DNA from: an archaeon
GTDB taxonomy: Archaea; Aenigmatarchaeota; Aenigmatarchaeia; CG10238-14; SCSR01
Direction of reading: 5' to 3'
Assembly (NCBI GenBank): GCA_035288545.1
Contig: DATEAB010000045.1
Location: 1,329 to 65,328 of the forward strand
Length of the DNA: 64,000 nt
In this document: positions 48,393-56,890 of the stretch, one piece after another
Numbering within the stretch: position 1 is the first letter of the stretch
How the letters are laid out: every line of letters starts with the position of its first letter
The notes under the pieces: generated by a model
Told to the model about the DNA's origin: nothing
Database searches by the model: none
The model's input: only the letters and a program-made list of their open reading frames with translations
Made by a program: the position numbers and the translations under genes

Positions 48393-49298
48393 TTGGCGCT
48401 GATAAAAAATATTCCATTCGTACCTTTTTCAATGTACCAAGCAGTCAGAATATCTAGAAAAATTGGCTTGATAGGAACAGGGAGTCGTGCGTCAAAACTT
48501 TTCCCAAAACTTTCGCTCTATCTTTTGCAGACAGGAATTTCATTCGAGGACAGGGAATACACGGCGATAGCAATTCTCGCGGCAATGATATGGTTCATAA
48601 TTCCTGCATCAATTTTCACAGTCCTCTACTTTTTCGTTTTGCTTCCTTCAAACTTCATTACAATTGCTCTGCTTTCATCATTCGGCCTTTCCTTCCTTTC
48701 ATTCTTTTACGTCATTTTGTTTCCGCAAGTTGTCATCACGAGAAGAATCAAAGATCTTGAGAAAAATCTTCTCTTCGCTCTTCGTCATTTGCTAATCCAA
48801 GTCCGTTCAGGAATTCCACTGTTCGACTCGATGGTTTCTGTCTCGAAAGCAGGATACGGTCTTATCTCAGAAGAGTTCGAATTCGCAGTCAAACAAATCA
48901 GCACAGGAGTTCGGGACATCGACGCGCTGGAAGAAATCGCGCTGAAGAATCCTTCTCTTTATTTCCGCCGCTCGATGTGGCAGATAACGAACGCAATACG
49001 CTCAGGAGCGGACATCGCGAACACACTCGATACCATTATTGGCAATCTTGCTAATGAGCAGAGAATTCTTGTCCGTCGTTACGGCTCGCAGCTAAACCCC
49101 CTTGCATTCATGTACATGATGATGGGAATTATTTTGCCAAGCCTCGGAATATCTCTGATGATAAGTCTCTCCTCATTTTCTGGACTCAAGGTCGAAAGAA
49201 TTTTCTTCTGGGCAATTTTAATTTTCCTTATATTTTTCAAGTTCAATTTCCTAGGTATCGTCAAAAGCCGCAGACCATCAGTGGAGGTTTACGTCTGA
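48393..49298 (+). CDS. Type II secretion F-family (TadB/C-like) pilus platform protein
   Basis: LLFALRHLLIQVRSGIPL, GYGLISEEF, multiple TMs. Confidence 0.9.
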   Translation: MALIKNIPFVPFSMYQAVRISRKIGLIGTGSRASKLFPKLSLYLLQTGISFEDREYTAIAILAAMIWFIIPASIFTVLYFFVLLPSNFITIALLSSFGLSFLSFFYVILFPQVVITRRIKDLEKNLLFALRHLLIQVRSGIPLFDSMVSVSKAGYGLISEEFEFAVKQISTGVRDIDALEEIALKNPSLYFRRSMWQITNAIRSGADIANTLDTIIGNLANEQRILVRRYGSQLNPLAFMYMMMGIILPSLGISLMISLSSFSGLKVERIFFWAILIFLIFFKFNFLGIVKSRRPSVEVYV

Positions 49299-50284
49299 TG
49301 TATCAATTCATCTATGCAATAAGCCCGAAGGGGTACAAGAAGTGGATTGACAGGTATCTTCAATACTGCGACTTCAAAATATCCACGATACGCCTGATAG
49401 GATTCTTCTTTCTGTTTGGCCTTGGCCTGAGTTTTTCGGTCAGCTTCATTTTGTTTTTGCTCAACTATGTCGACACTCTTTTATTTTTTGTAACTTGGCT
49501 GGGAATTTTTGTCACATTCGAAATTGCTACTCATGGGATTTTGGTATTCATTGCTGACAGTCGCGCTAACTTTGTAGAAGAAATACTTCCTGACGCTCTT
49601 CAAATCATTTCTGCGAACTTGCGATCGGGTCTCACACCAGACAAGGCGATACTGACATCTGCTCGACCAGAGTTCGGACCTCTCGAGAAGGAAATGAAAT
49701 TCGTTGCCAAGGAAACACTTTCAGGGCGTCCGCTCGAGGAGTCTCTCAAAGAAATCGCGAAGAAAATAAATTCCAAAATTTTAGATAAGACAATTACACT
49801 TTTGATTGAAGGAATGGCAAAGGGTGGAAGCTTAACACAGCTCCTAGACAGCATCTCAGAAGATATTCGCCAAATAAAAATCCTGCGTCGCGAAATAAAA
49901 TCATATGTAATGATGTACGGCATTTTCATATTCTTCGCAATAGTCATCGGCGCACCTCTTCTATATTCGGTCTCTACGTTTCTTGTCGAAACTATGAGCA
50001 GGTTCGGCAGTAGCATCGAGCTTCAGCAACTCTTCGAATCACAGTCATCCCTTCCAATATTCAAATCCACTGTGACAGATGTCACCCCTGACTTTTTGAT
50101 ATTGTATTCAATTCTTTCCATCTCCGTCACGGCGATTTTCGGAAGTTTGCTGATAGGTCTAATACAGGAAGGAAGCGAGAAGGCAGGAATGAAGTTCATA
50201 CCTTTGCTGCTTCCTCTTTCTTTGGCAGTGTTTTTCATCGCCCGCATTGCTCTTCAGAATTCATTCGGAACGCTAATTGTTTAA
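49298..50284 (+). CDS. Type II secretion F-family (TadC-like) pilus platform protein
   Basis: EEILPDALQIISANLRSGLT, RPEFGPL, multiple TMs. Confidence 0.9.
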   Translation: MYQFIYAISPKGYKKWIDRYLQYCDFKISTIRLIGFFFLFGLGLSFSVSFILFLLNYVDTLLFFVTWLGIFVTFEIATHGILVFIADSRANFVEEILPDALQIISANLRSGLTPDKAILTSARPEFGPLEKEMKFVAKETLSGRPLEESLKEIAKKINSKILDKTITLLIEGMAKGGSLTQLLDSISEDIRQIKILRREIKSYVMMYGIFIFFAIVIGAPLLYSVSTFLVETMSRFGSSIELQQLFESQSSLPIFKSTVTDVTPDFLILYSILSISVTAIFGSLLIGLIQEGSEKAGMKFIPLLLPLSLAVFFIARIALQNSFGTLIV

Positions 50285-50409
50285 TTGGTTAGCTGAGGAA
50301 AAGATGCTGATGTGCAGTTGTACTGCAGTTGTAGTGCAATTGTGCAATCGTACAAAGTTGTATAATTTATATGCCCCTAAAACCAATTCTAAATTAAAGA
50401 GGATGTTTA

Positions 50410-50877
50410 ATGAGACTATTCGGGAAATTAAAAGGTCAAACGGCCCTTGAGTACTTGATGACGTATGGATGGGCCATCCTGATAGTTATAATAGTCGTCG
50501 GTGCGTTGTTCGCACTGGGACTTACAAAACCATGTCGATGGGTCGGAACTCAAGTTCGTGAATTCGCCGATTTCAGAGTAGAAAATCCGCGAGCAACAAC
50601 TTCTCAATTGGCATTCGACTTATCTAGCCTAAAGCCACAGACAGTAAATCTAACATCAGTAACAGTTTCTGGTGACTTGAGTGGAAACACCGTTTCGCCA
50701 ACTCTACCAGCAAGCCAGGGAACGACAGCAGTAAGATACACAGTCACGACAAGTTCTGGTTCACTAGTGACAAATGATTGCTACAATGCTGATGTTGTTA
50801 TAACTTACAACTTAGCAACAGCAGGTGGACAACAATCATTCAACACGACTGGTAAAATATCAGGAATAATATCGTAA
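50410..50877 (+). CDS. Probable major type IV pilin
   Basis: KG|QTALEYLMTYGWAILIVIIV; separate upstream TATA-like TTTATAT. Confidence 0.88.
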   Translation: MRLFGKLKGQTALEYLMTYGWAILIVIIVVGALFALGLTKPCRWVGTQVREFADFRVENPRATTSQLAFDLSSLKPQTVNLTSVTVSGDLSGNTVSPTLPASQGTTAVRYTVTTSSGSLVTNDCYNADVVITYNLATAGGQQSFNTTGKISGIIS

Positions 50878-50987
50878 GACGATAACAATCAACTTTGAGA
50901 ATTTTTTGCTTTCCATAACTAACTTCTTCAATTTTTCTATTGTTATTAGTAAATTTTTGAGAATCTTTATTTAAAAATAAAAAATCG

Positions 50988-51119
50988 TGCAGGGGGCGAG
51001 ATTCGAACTCACGAACGGACTAACCGACAGCGTTTCTTATTTCATCTTTTCATCAAAGCTCAAATTTCTGTTTTGAAAACTTGAGCGCTGCCCCTTTGAC
51101 CAGACTTGGGTACCCCTGC
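50988..51119 (-). tRNA. tRNA-Leu(CAA) with a 46-nt intron at 37/38 (51034-51079)
   Basis: GCAGGGG/CCCCTGC acceptor, CAGCG/CGCTG anticodon stem, long variable arm, TTCGAAT loop. Confidence 0.9.
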
Positions 51120-51873
51120 GTGAATCATAGTAAGATTCTGGGTTTATAAAACCCTTTAAAATTTTAATTCTTTCATTTAAGGTAGTTTTTGGTGGAACAT
51201 AACCGAACTTTTTCCATATAGATACTTTTGTTTGATGGACAGGATTTTTTGTGCCGATTAAATTTAACCATTTTTGAATGGAACTTTTTTCATTAATTTC
51301 AAAAATATAAACAGGATTTTTATCATTTTTCCAATTAAAAGGACTTGGATTGGAATGTTTTATTCCAATATTCTTAGATAAAAACTTAATATCATCAATA
51401 AGTCTTTTCGAAATACATGCTATTCGTATTCTTGGTCTTACATGAAAACTACTTTTTCTTTTTGGATTCGGATCCCTCATAAAATAAATCGAACCATCTG
51501 TATCAAAAATTCCTCTTAACAATGGAATAAAATATTTTTTATTTCTTTTAAACTTGTCTGGAATGAAGGTTCGCGATGCTTTTTCGCCTTGTAACATTCC
51601 TAGTTCTAAAAATTGTTTAATTATTTCTTTTTTATATATTCCAACCCCATAAGTTCTCCAATATAAAAAAGATCTCGGCTGTAAATCTATTTTCAATTCT
51701 TTTCTAATCAAAGGTGCTAGATGATTATCATAATATTTCTTATCTTCTGTTAAGTTACCTGTAATAAAAAGATTTTTTCCATTAGATTGTATCCACCCAT
51801 CTCCAATAATAGATCCACAAATTTCGCTAATTCCTCTTGTGATTTTCATATTTTTATTTTGCACAGTATTCAA
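51037..51873 (-). mobile_element. Free-standing double-motif LAGLIDADG homing endonuclease overlapping tRNA-Leu
   Basis: SEICGSIIGDG and LLRGIFDTDG motifs; strongly AT-rich; no intein splicing motifs. Confidence 0.85.
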
Positions 51874-51917
51874 GATAAGTTTATCGTTAAAAATTTAAGA
51901 AAAAGACTTTTCACAAT

Positions 51918-52646
51918 CTATTGTTTCTGCTCTGTTTTGACTTCAGCATTCATTTCATCAGAGCTCATCTGATCGAGCTCTTCCTTCAACTTGTCAATCT
52001 GCGAACGCAAGTCAGTAATCATTCCGTGCAATCCTTCGTCTCCGCCAGATTCTTCAGTCCATTGCTGCTCTTCATTCTCAGGCTCAACCAATCCTGTCGG
52101 TCTAACGAATTCAGAATCAAGATCGACAATGCGCGCCTCGACTTTCTGCACAGCCGCTTCCAGCACTCGCAAGTTCTCTGCTTTCACCCTCTCCATCTCG
52201 CTGAACATCGCGAACGCGTTTTTCACTTTCGTCACGGTCTGCTTCAAATCAGAAATTGTGTGCAAAATATTCTTGTAACGGTCGAGCTTCACAAAAAGAG
52301 GAACGTCAGGAATTTCTCCGCCAGATTTTTTCGTTGCTGGTGCTTGCGTCGTGGCTGTCCATGTGGTTGCTTTCGAGATGTTTGGCGTTTGCAATGCTTC
52401 CACTTTCGGCAACGGCGAGGGCATTGAAAATTGCTGATTCGCCCATTCGTTCGGATTTTCGGAAAGAGCCGCCGTTTCTTTAGTCCACTGATCAATCGCT
52501 GAAGGAGGCTCCATTTTAGAAACTGTCACGTCGGAAGGTTCAATCGCTTCCTTAATCTGCTGTATGTCCTCCCACTCTTTGCTCGCTTCTTCCTTCTTTC
52601 TACCAAAAAAGCCCATGTTATCAATAATTATTTTCTTTTTCAGCAA
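51918..52646 (-). CDS. Hypothetical protein with disordered N-terminus and coiled coil
   Basis: PLFVKLDRYK followed by heptad repeats. Confidence 0.75.
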   Translation of the reverse strand: MLKKKIIIDNMGFFGRKKEEASKEWEDIQQIKEAIEPSDVTVSKMEPPSAIDQWTKETAALSENPNEWANQQFSMPSPLPKVEALQTPNISKATTWTATTQAPATKKSGGEIPDVPLFVKLDRYKNILHTISDLKQTVTKVKNAFAMFSEMERVKAENLRVLEAAVQKVEARIVDLDSEFVRPTGLVEPENEEQQWTEESGGDEGLHGMITDLRSQIDKLKEELDQMSSDEMNAEVKTEQKQ

Positions 52647-52653
52647 ATAAAAG

Positions 52654-53076
52654 CTATCTAGGACTTCCTTTATCCATCAAATGATGAGTTTTTCTTATTA
52701 TGAAACCCCTAGATTCCAATAGCCTAATAGAAGCCTCATTAGTTTTTTCTACATGTGCATATCTTAAAGGAATTGCAAGTTCGTCTGCTTTTCCCTCAAA
52801 TTTATCGATGAGTTTGGTTCCTATCTCTTTTCTCCTGTAACTCTCTGCAACAGCCAGTTTCCCGAAATATGCTTTGAATGCCCCATCACACTCTCCAAAA
52901 ATATTACCAACTATTTTTCCATCAACTTCAGCCACAAAGCAGAAACCTTTGTTTCTTTCAATATATCTTCTGAATGCGTCCGCTGTGAAGTAAGATTGTA
53001 CAAGATTCGTGTCTTCTAGCAGTTTTGAAATTCCTTGGTAATCCGGTGCTTGAGTTTCACGTATGATAACTTCCAC
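52654..53076 (-). CDS. GNAT family N-acetyltransferase
   Basis: VAEVDGKIVG, LAVAESYRRKEIGTKL, NEASIRLLESRGF. Confidence 0.9.
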   Translation of the reverse strand: MEVIIRETQAPDYQGISKLLEDTNLVQSYFTADAFRRYIERNKGFCFVAEVDGKIVGNIFGECDGAFKAYFGKLAVAESYRRKEIGTKLIDKFEGKADELAIPLRYAHVEKTNEASIRLLESRGFIIRKTHHLMDKGSPR

Positions 53077-53121
53077 TTCATTCGCCTGGCAGAATTTTTA
53101 ATAATCAAATTTAAATAAACG

Positions 53122-53233
53122 TGCGCCAGCCGGGATTTTCAGGGCGAACCTTTTGAACCCGGGTCTCGGCCGTGGCAGGGTTCTACTGCCATTATCTGGC
53201 ATCCGTATCTTAACCAGGCTGGACTACTGGCGC
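53122..53233 (-). tRNA. tRNA-Gly(GCC) with two introns (29/30: 53181-53202; 59/60: 53136-53151)
   Basis: GCGCCAG/CTGGCGC acceptor; removing both BHB inserts restores CGGCC-CTGCCAC-GGCCG and TTCAAAT. Confidence 0.88.
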
Positions 53234-53326
53234 TTCACAAAACGCACGCTAAAATTGCCACAAATGCCACAAAAATTTGTTTTGTTTTGCCACTTACCAT
53301 TTTTTATTTTTGCCACGTTTTTATTT

Positions 53327-53629
53327 TTATCCGAATATGCTACCAAAGCCTTCCATAGCCTTATCTTGCTCTTCCTTTATCTTTCTAATTACTTCTTCCT
53401 TCTCCTTATCCTTTACTTCTTTCCTCAATTCTTTTGTCAGCTCTTCCGCCCCCTTCACCTGCTCGTCAGTCCCGCTAATATATATGTAATATCCTTCGCT
53501 AAAGCCGAACGACTTCGCCTCACGCCAAGTCAAGCTCGCCCTTGAAACTACATCGTCCTTCAGCAGCAGATCTTTCGCTTTCTGCAAATTCTTGCTCTCA
53601 ATCAGCAACAACGTTTCCATATTTTTCAC
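53327..53629 (-). CDS. Small conserved-looking hypothetical protein
   Basis: 100-aa ORF between two tRNAs, ends AMEGFGSIFG. Confidence 0.75.
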   Translation of the reverse strand: MKNMETLLLIESKNLQKAKDLLLKDDVVSRASLTWREAKSFGFSEGYYIYISGTDEQVKGAEELTKELRKEVKDKEKEEVIRKIKEEQDKAMEGFGSIFG

Positions 53630-53675
53630 TTCATTTCTATTCGATGTTTGACCTTTTTAAAGTTTTAAATAAATG

Positions 53676-53781
53676 AGCCTCGGAAGGGATTTGAACCCTT
53701 GACCTTCTGCTTACGAAGCAGTTGAGCTCACAATTTTTTCCATTTTTTGTGATTTGCTCTACCGAACTGAGCTACCGAGGC
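53676..53781 (-). tRNA. tRNA-Thr(CGT) with a 32-nt intron at 27/28 (53722-53753)
   Basis: GCCTCGG/CCGAGGC acceptor, discriminator T; BHB GAGC/GCTC with AA|A and AA|C bulges. Confidence 0.9.
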
Positions 53782-53895
53782 AAATTTTCTCTGAACTCGT
53801 TGGAACTATATTAGTCAGAAAAGACAATATAATATTAATAGTGATTTTCTAGTGGTAAAACCAGCGAAACATGCCGGTGAAAGCGGGGACAAGTA

Positions 53896-54903
53896 ATGCA
53901 GGAAGCGCAACTTTGGCATAAGGAGCGCAACGGGGTTCGATGCGAGCTTTGTGCAAGAAAATGTTTCATAGCAAAGGACAAGTTCGGCTATTGCTTGGTT
54001 CGAAAGAATGTCGACAACAAGCTTTACACAACAAATTTCGGAAAGATCCAGGACATTTCCTTTGACGCAGTCGAAAAACGGCCGCTGTTTCATTTTTTTC
54101 CAGCTAGCACCAACATGAGCTTGACAATTCCTGGCGACAATTTTCCGACCACGGACATAACGCAGCTTTACAAGGACAGAAAGCAGGAAGCGACAGTCGG
54201 GAAGGACTACACACCAGAAAATATCGTATCGATGGCAGAGGACAAGGGGGTCTTCGGCATAAGCTTCTCCGCCGCGGAACCGTTCATGCAGTTCGAATTC
54301 GCATATCGCGTGGCAAAGCTTTCCCATCGCAGCAATATAAAAAATATTCTTGTCACGAACGGCTTCACGACCGAAGAGGCCGTGAAAAAAATCGCGAAAT
54401 TTATTGACGCGGTTGTCATCAACCTCAAAGCCTCGCTCGACCCGGAATTCTATTCAAAATTTTTGGACGTCCATGACGTGAGGCCAATTTACGACATCAT
54501 AAAGCAGTTCAAAAAACAGCGCGTGCACATCGAAATCACAAACACGATAGTTCCGCAGGTTGGCGACAACACCGACCAGTGCAAAAAGGTTGCTGAGTGG
54601 ATTAACGCCGAGATAGGTTCTGAATTTCCAGTCCACATCATGCAGTTCCACTACGACCCTAAGCTTGCCGACATACCTATGACACCTGTTTCGACTTTGG
54701 AGAGATGCATAGAAGTCACAAACAACGCGGGAATCCGCTACGTTTACATCGGAGGAGTGCCAAAGCACGAAATGCAAAACACGATTTGTTACAATTGCCG
54801 GGAGCCTCTTGTCATTCGCGAGGGAAGCAAGGTGAAAAAAGTCCATTTGTCGAAAGACAGATGCCCGAATTGCGGACTGAGAATCAACATGATTGTCGAA
54901 TAA
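53896..54903 (+). CDS. AmmeMemoRadiSam-type radical SAM homolog lacking the CxxxCxxC motif
   Basis: VRCELCARKC...GYCLVR, DAVEKRPLFHFFP, VTNG, HIEIT, T.C.NC...CPNCG; cluster motif replaced by GDNFPTTD. Confidence 0.8.
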   Translation: MQEAQLWHKERNGVRCELCARKCFIAKDKFGYCLVRKNVDNKLYTTNFGKIQDISFDAVEKRPLFHFFPASTNMSLTIPGDNFPTTDITQLYKDRKQEATVGKDYTPENIVSMAEDKGVFGISFSAAEPFMQFEFAYRVAKLSHRSNIKNILVTNGFTTEEAVKKIAKFIDAVVINLKASLDPEFYSKFLDVHDVRPIYDIIKQFKKQRVHIEITNTIVPQVGDNTDQCKKVAEWINAEIGSEFPVHIMQFHYDPKLADIPMTPVSTLERCIEVTNNAGIRYVYIGGVPKHEMQNTICYNCREPLVIREGSKVKKVHLSKDRCPNCGLRINMIVE

Positions 54904-54968
54904 AAAGTAAAGAGTAGAGAGTAAGAAAGAACAGAAAAAAATAAAAGTTTAAGTGCGTTAAACTCTTT

Positions 54969-55934
54969 ATGTTCATTGTGAGGAATTTTTTTCCGACTGA
55001 AACAATTGCAGAGCAAAATGAAACTATTTCAATTTTTGCGTTCGCCGTTTTTTCCATTATCTTCCTGACTTTCTTCGTCGCCGTCGCATATGCGCAAGTC
55101 CAATTCTACGGAGTAAATGTTGATATCGACGACAAGCACAAATCGACAGTCCAGATGACGATAACATTTTCGCAGCCGGTGAAGGAATTCAATTTCACAA
55201 TCATCGGGAGCATCCAAAAATTCGGAGTGAACAGCACTTCAGGGTCGCAAAACTGTATTTTGAAGGTCACTGGTATCACCGTCATCAGCTGCAAGCTGAA
55301 TTTGACTCAGGAAAAGCGAACGATTATTCTTTCGTTCGAAACTTTTGATTTTGTGAAGGATCTTGACGGGAAGTTTTTCCTCGACACCGACTTTTCTCTG
55401 ACCAGAAACATCGAGCAGCTTTCCATGACAGTCCGTTTGCCTGAAGGAAAAGGCATTGTTTCTGAGGATGTACCGAACAGAATTTCGTTCCCTGAAGTGG
55501 CAAACATCATCAGCGACGGCCGTCACATTATCGTGAACTGGCGCTTCACTCAAACTCCTGCTACCCAGCCACTCAAGTTCCAGGTCCTCTACGAAACAAT
55601 CATTCTGCCGCCTCTCTTCGACATCCGCATTCGTTACGCCATCATCGCAGGTGCCGCGATAGGCCTCGTGTCGACATTTGTCTATCTCCGCTACTTCAGG
55701 AAGCCTGAGAAGCTCATCCTTTCCGTGCTTGACGAGTACGAGAGGAAGATTTTCGACCTCATAGTGGCTGCCGGAGGCACGGTCAACCAGAAGAAGATCG
55801 TTCAGGAAACCAATCTGAGCAAGGCCAAGGTCAGCCGCGTCGTCAAGAGCCTGGTTGGCAGGGGCGTGATCGAGGTCGAACGCATGGGCAGGACAAACAA
55901 GCTGAAAGTTCTAAAAAGGAAGTTCATGATGTAA
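54969..55934 (+). CDS. Membrane-anchored protein with extracellular domain and cytoplasmic wHTH
   Basis: Signal segment, beta domain, TM, then QKKIVQETNLSKAKVSRVVKSL...GRTNK. Confidence 0.85.
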   Translation: MFIVRNFFPTETIAEQNETISIFAFAVFSIIFLTFFVAVAYAQVQFYGVNVDIDDKHKSTVQMTITFSQPVKEFNFTIIGSIQKFGVNSTSGSQNCILKVTGITVISCKLNLTQEKRTIILSFETFDFVKDLDGKFFLDTDFSLTRNIEQLSMTVRLPEGKGIVSEDVPNRISFPEVANIISDGRHIIVNWRFTQTPATQPLKFQVLYETIILPPLFDIRIRYAIIAGAAIGLVSTFVYLRYFRKPEKLILSVLDEYERKIFDLIVAAGGTVNQKKIVQETNLSKAKVSRVVKSLVGRGVIEVERMGRTNKLKVLKRKFMM

Positions 55935-56113
55935 CTTTTGAAGAAACGAAATAAACGGCGTCGGTTTATCGAGTTGTCTATGGGATTAATGATTTTTTGA
56001 AACTAGATTTTTAGAAGCACATATTTTAAAATATATTTAAAATTTGATACTTCGCAGCTAGAACCCTTCGTCGTCGTTGTCCTGTCTTCGTCCGTCTCAT
56101 CATTCTAAAGCTT

Positions 56114-56545
56114 ATGTGCCAATGTTGCCAAATAAAATTAATGAAGAAGTCCAGAGTGGCTGGAAAGGTGAAAAAGATAATGGCGGTTGACGTGCTTGCA
56201 CTGATCCTTGTGTCCGTTGCCTTGGGTGCCTTCGGCCAGATGTTCATGAAACTGGGGTTGAAGGAAAAGCCGATCGACCTGACGCAGCTTGCCTCTCTCA
56301 AGCTCTTCGACACGCTCTTTCAAAGGTATGTCTTCATCGGCGTCGTGCTTTACCTGATCGCTGTAATGCTATGGTTCGTCGTCCTTTCAAAAGCCGAGCT
56401 CAGCTTTGCCTATCCTCTCATATCTATTGCTTACATCATCACAGCCTTTATGGCGTATTTCGTCTTCGGCGAGCGCATTTCCGTATTCCGCTGGCTTGGC
56501 ATACTGCTTATTCTCGGCGGCGTTTTCCTCATTACCCGGGGCTGA
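56114..56545 (+). CDS. EamA/SMR family small membrane transporter (true start probably ATG 56180)
   Basis: GQMFMK, ELSFAYP, FGERI, GILLILGG. Confidence 0.88.
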   Translation: MCQCCQIKLMKKSRVAGKVKKIMAVDVLALILVSVALGAFGQMFMKLGLKEKPIDLTQLASLKLFDTLFQRYVFIGVVLYLIAVMLWFVVLSKAELSFAYPLISIAYIITAFMAYFVFGERISVFRWLGILLILGGVFLITRG

Positions 56546-56800
56546 AAGCTGGTTCTGGTCAGTTTTTGATCGTTTCAAGACAGTTTCAAGGCGGTTTTGA
56601 AGTTTTTGAGGATTGCAACATGAAAAGTTATTCCAAGCTTTATTTTTTAGTTTAGAGACTTATTTTGACCTTAGAAACAATTAGCAACTTTATTCCAGCT
56701 ACTAGCAACTATTAGAAGCGTTCAATCACACTCAGAAAATAGTTCGTAAATTGTTTCAAGGAGTTTTTATATCCTATTAAATAGAAATAGATAATAAGAA

Positions 56801-56843
56801 AACCCGAGTATCCTTATCCTACGGGCTATATTACACTCGGGTT
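56801..56843 (+). promoter_or_regulatory. Stem-loop in the putative 5' leader of the S-layer gene
   Basis: AACCCGAGT...ACTCGGGTT inverted repeat between a TTTTATAT box (~56765) and the GAGG SD-like motif. Confidence 0.5.
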
Positions 56844-56890
56844 AAAATGCCTGTGGGATATGGAGAAAGCCAAAAAGAGGGTTAATAAAA

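Noticed and set aside
42970..50877. Archaellum operon
   Set aside because: No archaellin, ArlH or ArlF/G-like genes; two platform proteins and this pilin set indicate a type IV pilus
53153..53545. 130-aa plus-strand ORF and similar antisense ORFs throughout the track
   Set aside because: Overlap tRNAs or well-supported genes on the opposite strand and show no protein motifs
56026..56105. Possible C/D box sRNA or short basic peptide on the minus strand (starts ATGATGA)
   Set aside because: D, D' and C' boxes are degenerate with no CTGA, and the peptide matches no family I recognise
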